Assembly (NCBI GenBank): GCA_041288095.1
Contig: JBGGMJ010000028.1
Coordinates: 1 to 14,025 of the forward strand
DNA from: Myxococcota bacterium
GTDB lineage: Bacteria; Myxococcota; XYA12-FULL-58-9; JALHOP01
DNA length: 14,025 nucleotides
Direction of reading: 5' to 3'
Under the pieces are notes generated by a model that ran no database searches, had not been told where the DNA came from, and saw nothing but the letters and a program-made list of their open reading frames with translations. Positions 8,334 through 14,025 of the stretch are shown one piece after another; positions within the stretch are counted from its first letter, which is position 1; each line of letters opens with the position of its first letter. Position numbers and translations under genes: made by a program.

Positions 8334-9293
8334 GTGAGTAACGGCAATATCTTACTGGTTTGGGGCGACAACAGGGATCGCCGAGCTCTCTACAAGGCGC
8401 TCGCGACGACAGGCGCCGGTGTGTCGTTCGCCAACGACCCGAGCCAGCTGCGCGCGGGGCTCGAGCAGTGCCGCCTGGTGGTGATGGACTACGATGCCGT
8501 CCGCGATACGGCGCGCGAAGTCCTCCAACATCTGTCGCTGCAACCCTCGCCGCCGCCGGTGCTCGTCGTCACCTCGAGCAACCACAAGGCCGATCTCATC
8601 GAGCTCTTCGGACACGCCGCGCTCACCAATCTGGTCGCCAAGAACGCCGACTTCAATCTCAACGAGCTCATCATCACGGCGCAGAAGGTCATTCGGAACG
8701 ACATCTTCGGGCTCGACAAGTACCTGAGCTGGGGCGTGCAGGCTTACCAGTACAACATCACCAGCTCAGCCGGGCGCTTCGGGCCCATGAAGGACCTCGA
8801 GAGCTACTTGCACGCCATCGGCGCCAACCGCCGTCTCGCCGCGCTCGCCCACAGCGTCGCCGACGAGCTGCTGATGAACGCCATCTACAACGCGCCGGCG
8901 GATCCACAGGGCAATCCGAAATACGCCAGCCGCTCACGTACCGAGCAAGTCGAATTGCTGCCCGACGAAACAGTCTCGTTTTCGTTCGCCTGTGACGGCC
9001 AGTATCTCGGGCTGTGCGTCGCCGATCGCTTCGGCCGTCTCGAGACCGACACCGTGCGCAACTACCTGCGCAAGTGCTTTCTGCAGGGCGAAAATCAGAT
9101 CGACACCAAAGATGGTGGCGCCGGCCTGGGACTCTATTACATTTTCCAGTCTCTCAATCACTTCATCATCAACGTCGCGCGCGGCAAGCGCACCGAGCTG
9201 ATCGGACTCATGGACATCTCGGGCAGCTTCAAGGACTTCGCGCAGCGCACCAAGTCTCTTCATCTATTCATAGCTGGGGGAAGGCAGCAGTGA
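8334..9293 (+). CDS. Atypical receiver domain fused to an RsbW/SpoIIAB-like GHKL (HATPase_c-type) domain
   Basis: N-terminal REC-like pattern (ILLVWGD, LVVMDYD, VLVVTS, LVAK). C-terminal N-box DELLMNAIYN, VADRFG and G-box GGAGLGLYYI, with no H-box/DHp. GTG start with weak RBS. Confidence 0.75.
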   Translation: MSNGNILLVWGDNRDRRALYKALATTGAGVSFANDPSQLRAGLEQCRLVVMDYDAVRDTAREVLQHLSLQPSPPPVLVVTSSNHKADLIELFGHAALTNLVAKNADFNLNELIITAQKVIRNDIFGLDKYLSWGVQAYQYNITSSAGRFGPMKDLESYLHAIGANRRLAALAHSVADELLMNAIYNAPADPQGNPKYASRSRTEQVELLPDETVSFSFACDGQYLGLCVADRFGRLETDTVRNYLRKCFLQGENQIDTKDGGAGLGLYYIFQSLNHFIINVARGKRTELIGLMDISGSFKDFAQRTKSLHLFIAGGRQQ

Positions 9294-9760
9294 CCGCTGG
9301 GCTCAAGTGGAAGGTCGACCGGGGCTCGGAGGCGATAGTCGTCGCGTTCGCCGGATCCATCGACGAAGACGCGCGCCTCGACACGCTCACCGGTGAGCTC
9401 TCGGGCGCACCACGCCTGCGTTTCGACATGGGCGGCATCACGCGCATCAACTCGTGCGGCGTACGCGAGTGGGTGAACTTCATGCGGGCGATTCCGCCGG
9501 GAACGCGCGCGACGCTCGAAAATTGCCCGTCGGTCGTGGTCGCGCAGGTCAATATGATCAGCAACTTCAGCGGTCCGGCGCGCGTTGCGTCCGTGCGCGT
9601 CCCCTACGTCTGTAAGGACTGCGGCTTCGACGCCGAGCTGCCGATGGACACGCCTCCCGGCGCGCGTCCGGTGCTACCCGCGATGCAATGCCCGCGCTGC
9701 AAGAAGAGCGAGTTCATTTTCGACGACCTCGCGGATAGTTACTTCGCGTTCTTGACCTAA
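9290..9760 (+). CDS. Stand-alone STAS-like (anti-anti-sigma-like) protein with C-terminal Cys4 ribbon
   Basis: GTG start overlaps the upstream TGA (GTGA, 9290-9293), with purine-rich GGGGGAAGG upstream. VAFAGSIDE, LRFDMGGITRINSCGVREW, CKDC-x22-CPRC; 156 aa. The ORF track start at 9014 overlaps the upstream gene and is rejected. Confidence 0.82.
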   Translation: MTAGLKWKVDRGSEAIVVAFAGSIDEDARLDTLTGELSGAPRLRFDMGGITRINSCGVREWVNFMRAIPPGTRATLENCPSVVVAQVNMISNFSGPARVASVRVPYVCKDCGFDAELPMDTPPGARPVLPAMQCPRCKKSEFIFDDLADSYFAFLT

Positions 9761-9779
9761 CCCCGGGAGCCCCTGGCCT

Positions 9780-11114
9780 TTGACTACGGTGAGCACAGGA
9801 GTCGACGTCGTGCGTGGCAGCCTGCGTGCCGCCATCGCCCAGACCGTGCTCGACCAGCTCGTCGATGCCGCCGTGGTAGTCGATCGTGACCTGAAACCGA
9901 TCGCTTGGAACGCTCGCTACCTCCAGCAGCTCGGGTTGCGACAGCAGCAGTTCATGCGGCGCTTGGAGTCGGCTTCACCGCGCTGCTGCGATCTCCTGCG
10001 CCTCGAGGTTTGTCGTGAGGGTTGCCTCGCGCAACGGGTGCTCACGCAGCGCAAGCCGGTGCGCGTCGACGAGATCGCGGGCTGGGTCGAGACCATGCCC
10101 GACGACAAGATGACGTTCATCGTGAACGCCTCGCCGGTCGTCGACGAGCAGGGCGAGATCGTCGGCACGCTCGAGGTGTATCGCGACGTCACCGGAGAGG
10201 CGCGCATCCAGGCGCGCTACAAGGCGCTCCTCGAGGAAGAGCGCAAACGTTCGGTCTCGCTCGAAGAGCAAGTGCGGCTGCGCACGGAACAGCTGCAGCA
10301 GAGCATCAATCAGCTCGAGCAAACCCGCGACCGCTTGATCCAGGCGGAGAAGCTCTCGTCGCTCGGCCAACTCGTCGCCGGTGTCGCGCACGAGATCAAC
10401 AATCCCACGAGCTTCATCTACGGCAACATGCGCTTCCTCTCGGAGCACGCGACCGCGTTGCTCAAGATGCTCGACTTCGCGACCGCTGAAGCGAACCTCG
10501 CTCCGACGGCGCGCGAAGAGCTCCACCGTCTCATGACCGAGCTCGAGATCGACTACGTGCGCGACGATCTCTTCAAGATCATCGACGCGATCTCGACCGG
10601 CGCCGAGCGCATCACCGCCATCGTCCGCGACCTGCGCCGTTACGTTCACAACGGCTCCGCCGACGAACGCGCAACCGTCGATCTGGCGCGTTGCCTCGAC
10701 ATGGCGCTCTCCTTCTTCAAGTTCGAGATCCGCGGCATCCACGGCCTCGAGCGCGCATTCGATCCGGCGACGCCGAAGGTCGTGGGCAATGAAGGTCAGC
10801 TCAGCCAGGTGGTCATCAACCTGGTCGCCAACTCCGTGCACGCCGTCGGCCCAGAAGGGCGCATCCGTGTCGAGCTGCGCCCGCACGACAACGGCGCCTG
10901 TATCGTCGTCCAGGACAACGGGGCCGGCATCCCCGAAGAGCACTTGCTCAAGGTCTTCGACCCATTCTTCACGACCAAGCCGGTGGGCGAGGGGACCGGC
11001 ATGGGCCTCGCCATCGCTCATTCCATCGTCGACCGCCACGGCGGGACCATCGGCGTGACCAGCAAGGTGGGCGCCGGGACGACATTCACCGTTTGGCTTC
11101 CGGCGGCGCCCTGA
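9780..11114 (+). CDS. Soluble PAS-domain sensor histidine kinase (NtrB-like core)
   Basis: PAS ([37 protein letters not shown]), coiled coil, H-box [10 protein letters not shown]-box [34 protein letters not shown]. Start is TTG 9780 or GTG 9810 (AGGAG at 9797-9801). Confidence 0.94.
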   Translation: MTTVSTGVDVVRGSLRAAIAQTVLDQLVDAAVVVDRDLKPIAWNARYLQQLGLRQQQFMRRLESASPRCCDLLRLEVCREGCLAQRVLTQRKPVRVDEIAGWVETMPDDKMTFIVNASPVVDEQGEIVGTLEVYRDVTGEARIQARYKALLEEERKRSVSLEEQVRLRTEQLQQSINQLEQTRDRLIQAEKLSSLGQLVAGVAHEINNPTSFIYGNMRFLSEHATALLKMLDFATAEANLAPTAREELHRLMTELEIDYVRDDLFKIIDAISTGAERITAIVRDLRRYVHNGSADERATVDLARCLDMALSFFKFEIRGIHGLERAFDPATPKVVGNEGQLSQVVINLVANSVHAVGPEGRIRVELRPHDNGACIVVQDNGAGIPEEHLLKVFDPFFTTKPVGEGTGMGLAIAHSIVDRHGGTIGVTSKVGAGTTFTVWLPAAP

Positions 11115-11143
11115 TACACTAATGTGGGGTCAAGGAGCCGGCG

Positions 11144-11578
11144 GTGGCGGAAGCAGCGCGCGAGAGAAGGACGTTGAGCGTCCTGTGCGTCGACGATGAG
11201 GCACAGAATCTCGACGCGATCCGACGCGCTTTTCGCAAGAACACCGACCTCAAGGTGCAGTCCGCCGAGTCGAGCGCCGCGGCGATGCAGCTCGTTCGCG
11301 CCGAGAAGTTCGATCTCTTCCTCGTCGACTATTCGATGGCCGGGGTAAACGGCGTCGAGTTCATCGAGCAGGCGAAGGTGCTGGCGCCGAACGCCGTCTT
11401 CATCATGCTGACCGGTTATCCCGAGCTCAAGAAGGTCGTCGACGCGCATGCCCGCGGATTGGTGGACGGCATTCTCGGCAAGCCGTGGAGCGCCGAGGAG
11501 CTGACGCTAACGGTGACGCAAGCGCGCTCCATCCTCCACCTGCGGGCGATCCGTCTGGGTGTGGCCGAGCGCGGCTGA
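11144..11578 (+). CDS. Single-domain response regulator
   Basis: VLCVDDE, FLVDYSMAGVNG (phospho-Asp), MLTGY, GKPW; no output domain. AGGAG at 11133-11137 precedes the GTG. Confidence 0.93.
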   Translation: MAEAARERRTLSVLCVDDEAQNLDAIRRAFRKNTDLKVQSAESSAAAMQLVRAEKFDLFLVDYSMAGVNGVEFIEQAKVLAPNAVFIMLTGYPELKKVVDAHARGLVDGILGKPWSAEELTLTVTQARSILHLRAIRLGVAERG

Positions 11579-13249
11579 TCAGGGAGCGCTGTCGGCGACC
11601 TTCACCGCGACGAGGCTGTCGGGCTGCAGCAGGCCCTCGGGATCATCGACGGTGACCACGAGCGACTCCCCATCGCCTCGGATCGCGCAAGCAAGACTCG
11701 GGTTGTCGACCAAGGTGCAGGTCGCCGTCGCGGCGGGGAAGCTCACGGCGCCGGCCGGCACACGTGTGGTGAGCTTGGCGCGCGAGGCGAGAGTGGCGAC
11801 AGCTTGGTTCGCCTCGACCGTCGTGCCGACCTCGACCAGCGACGCGATCTCGCCGGCCGCTTCGGCGGTCACCTCGACCCAACGTACCGTGCGCGCGGTG
11901 CGCTCGTAGGCGTCGCGCGCCTGCGCGAGGAAATAGCGGTAGACCTCGTCGTAGCGGGCGCTCTTTTGAATGCTCTCGTAGCGCTTCTGCGCCCGTGAAA
12001 GCTTGGCATAGCTCTTGGCGTCCAAGAGCGCGCCGACGACCGCTCCTGCGGACACGCGATCGCGGACGGCGACATCGACACGCGCCCACGTGCCCGCGCT
12101 CGGCGCGGTGACCGTGCCGCCTTCGCTCGGCTCGAAGCGCGCCTGCACGACGACGGTCGGGTTGGCGCGAGGCTGCGCGCTGGGCGGCGCCACTTGCGGC
12201 ACCACCGGTGCTCCCGCTTGCTTCTCGAGGCCGGCCAGCTGAGCGGCGACGCGTTGCTCGGCGCGTATCACGATGGCCGCGGCCGCGGCGCTGACGGCGA
12301 CGACGATGGCGGCGGCCACGAAGACGATGCGGCGGTGACCGCTCGGGGCGACGGTCGGGATGATCGGGTCGATCTTGGTCGGCCGCGGCTCGGGCGCCTG
12401 CGCCTCGGGCTCGAGCTCATCGATGTCGAAAGCAATCGACTCGGCCCGCGGCGCGCGCGGGCGCCGCTCGAGCGCGACCCGCGCTTGCTCGTTGTCGGGA
12501 TTGATCTCCAGCGCGGCTTCGAGATAGCCGGCGACTCCCTGGTCGTTGCCGGCACGTTCCACGGTGAGCGCGGAGCGTAGCAGGTGGCGCTCCTCCTCGC
12601 TGTCCGCGGCGGCGAGCGCCGCCCTCAAGTCGGCGCTCTTCTCGGGCGCCCCCGACGAGTCGTCCGCGAGGAAACCGTAGCCTCGCAGCTCGCGCATGAA
12701 CGAACGGACGAGCTCGGGCGTCGCTTGCAAGCCGAGCTGCTGCGCGCGCTGCGCGATGGCGGTCAGGCTGCGGTGGCCATCCATGAGCTGCGCGATGCGC
12801 CATTCGACGCGGTAGATGGGGAACGCCGTCGCCGTGCCGGCGCGACGCACACTGACCGTGTCGGCGGTCTCCTTGACGATGGTCAGGTCGCTCCGTAATA
12901 GCGGAGCGGTGGGGAGATTGGCGACGCCGATCATGCGGGCGCCGGCGCCCACGCTCACGGAACCGACTTGGGTCACGGCGCCGGGCTTCGGGCCTACGTG
13001 GGTCGCCGCGACCGGCCATGGTCCGACGTGAGTCTCGGCCACCGGCGCCTGCCCGACGTAGGTCTCCGCCACCTGGAACGGCTCGGCGATGGTCACGTCG
13101 CGCGACGGCGCGTCTTCGCTGTCGGTCGGCGGCGGCGGCGGGCGCGAGATCACCGTGCGCTCGACACCGTGCTCGCCGGTCTGCCGGCCCTGTAGCGGCG
13201 GCGGCGCTTCCCAAGGGTTACGGGGCGGTCTATCGGGCGGCTTGGCCAT
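11579..13249 (-). CDS. HlyD/membrane-fusion-like protein with Pro-rich repeat N-terminus, PqqD/RRE-like domain, TPR-like motif and one TM helix
   Basis: PLLRSDL..V.VR....AF.I..VEWRIAQLMDGHRSL..I.....VRSFMRELRGYGFL (PqqD-like); YLEAALEINPDNEQA (TPR-like); TM IVFVAAAIVVAVSAAAAAIVI; two lipoyl-like halves VTAPSAG..V.V.DRV.AG and VTAEAAGEI..VEVG..V flanking a helical hairpin. Confidence 0.7.
   Translation of the reverse strand: MAKPPDRPPRNPWEAPPPLQGRQTGEHGVERTVISRPPPPPTDSEDAPSRDVTIAEPFQVAETYVGQAPVAETHVGPWPVAATHVGPKPGAVTQVGSVSVGAGARMIGVANLPTAPLLRSDLTIVKETADTVSVRRAGTATAFPIYRVEWRIAQLMDGHRSLTAIAQRAQQLGLQATPELVRSFMRELRGYGFLADDSSGAPEKSADLRAALAAADSEEERHLLRSALTVERAGNDQGVAGYLEAALEINPDNEQARVALERRPRAPRAESIAFDIDELEPEAQAPEPRPTKIDPIIPTVAPSGHRRIVFVAAAIVVAVSAAAAAIVIRAEQRVAAQLAGLEKQAGAPVVPQVAPPSAQPRANPTVVVQARFEPSEGGTVTAPSAGTWARVDVAVRDRVSAGAVVGALLDAKSYAKLSRAQKRYESIQKSARYDEVYRYFLAQARDAYERTARTVRWVEVTAEAAGEIASLVEVGTTVEANQAVATLASRAKLTTRVPAGAVSFPAATATCTLVDNPSLACAIRGDGESLVVTVDDPEGLLQPDSLVAVKVADSAP
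12953..13072 (-). repeat. Four imperfect 30-nt (10-aa) tandem repeats
   Basis: VAETYVGQAP / VAETHVGPWP / VAATHVGPKP / GAVTQVGSVS. Confidence 0.85.
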
Positions 13250-13949
13250 CGCCTCCCCACTCCTCGAAGGGGATCACGCGTCGGATTTCGAGGGTCGGGC
13301 GTCCGCCCTCTGCGAGAAAGGCTACCGCGCCGGCGTAGCCTTCCGCGACTTTGACGCTCGAGAGCCACCAGCCCTTCGCGTCGCCGTCGATGCGGGCTTC
13401 ACCGCCCTGGCCGAAACGCACCGTGAACTCCTGGAAAGCCGTTGAAAGTCCGGTGCCGAGAGCTTTGGCGTAGGCTTCCTTGAGAGTCCAGAGCCGGAAG
13501 AACAAAGCCCGACGTTCGTCTTCGGGGGCGCGGGTGAGCAAAGCTTGCTCATCCGGGCTGAAGCTTCCTTCGGCGTTCGCCATCACGTCGAGGCGCTCGT
13601 CGATGCGCTCCACGTCGACGCCGACGCTGCCCCCCGGTGCGAACGCCGCGACCGCGAATTGGCCGCTCTGCGAGGCGTTGAACGCCACTTCGGCGGTGGG
13701 GAAGGTGAGTGTGGGTTTGCCATGGCTACCGGGCTCTAGACGCAAGCTCTTGCCGTCCACTCCGAGCGAGCGCCCAAGGCCCCAGCGTAGGAGGGCCGTG
13801 GACACGAGGTGCGCGCGCTGGTCGCCGGGCCGGAGGAAGCGGTCGATGCGCTGGCGTTCCTCGGAGCTCAGCACCTCGCGGTAGATTGCCAGGCGGGCCA
13901 CGACCTCGGGCGCTTCGCAATCGACGGTGCAGACCTCCAGCGGTTTCAT
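13230..13949 (-). CDS. Sfp-type 4'-phosphopantetheinyl transferase
   Basis: LSSEERQR..RF, HGKP, FNASQSG, VGVDVE, FS.DE, FFRLWTLKEAYAKALGTGL. Start ATG 13949 (or GTG 13952); its end overlaps the next gene by 20 nt. Confidence 0.93.
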   Translation of the reverse strand: MKPLEVCTVDCEAPEVVARLAIYREVLSSEERQRIDRFLRPGDQRAHLVSTALLRWGLGRSLGVDGKSLRLEPGSHGKPTLTFPTAEVAFNASQSGQFAVAAFAPGGSVGVDVERIDERLDVMANAEGSFSPDEQALLTRAPEDERRALFFRLWTLKEAYAKALGTGLSTAFQEFTVRFGQGGEARIDGDAKGWWLSSVKVAEGYAGAVAFLAEGGRPTLEIRRVIPFEEWGGDGQAAR

Positions 13950-14025
13950 CACAAGCTTCTTTTTGTAAGTCGGTTGAGCGGGTGTTAACCTTTTGCGTTT
14001 GCTTCAGGTCGGTCGGCACCTGTGA

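Noticed and set aside
8326-8337. Mini-ORF MRM* overlapping the GTG start at 8334
   Set aside because: No convincing RBS of its own and too short to separate from chance.
12953-13072. 30-nt periodic repeats as a CRISPR array
   Set aside because: In-frame coding repeats with no unique spacers and no cas genes.
13726-14019. 97-aa minus-strand ORF as an upstream gene or frameshifted PPTase extension
   Set aside because: It overlaps the intact PPTase out of frame and has no motif. The PPTase is complete from 13949, and 13950-14025 looks intergenic.

Overview
High-GC bacterial chromosome window; gene content and style suggest Myxococcota/Deltaproteobacteria (inference). It holds two housekeeping blocks, rplY(partial)-pth and rpsF-rpsR-rplI. 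Between them lies a divergent pair: a double-receiver sigma54 enhancer-binding protein and a di-heme CcP/MauG-superfamily lipoprotein, the latter preceded by a candidate sigma54 promoter (palindrome, IHF-like site, GG-N10-GC). After rplI comes the most unusual element, a five-gene + strand signalling cluster (6011-11578). It encodes a Hanks Ser/Thr kinase with two N-terminal 'STAS-like + CxxC..CxxC ribbon' modules, an atypical receiver fused to an RsbW/SpoIIAB-like GHKL domain, a stand-alone STAS-like+ribbon protein, a Cys-rich PAS histidine kinase and a single-domain receiver. This looks like a partner-switching module wired to both His-Asp and Ser/Thr phosphorylation, with no sigma factor or phosphatase in the window. 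The window ends with a minus-strand pair: an Sfp-type PPTase and a HlyD-like membrane fusion protein with Thr-containing 10-aa repeats and a PqqD/RRE-like domain. No rRNA, tRNA, CRISPR or mobile element was seen. All calls come from reading motifs by eye; no searches were run.
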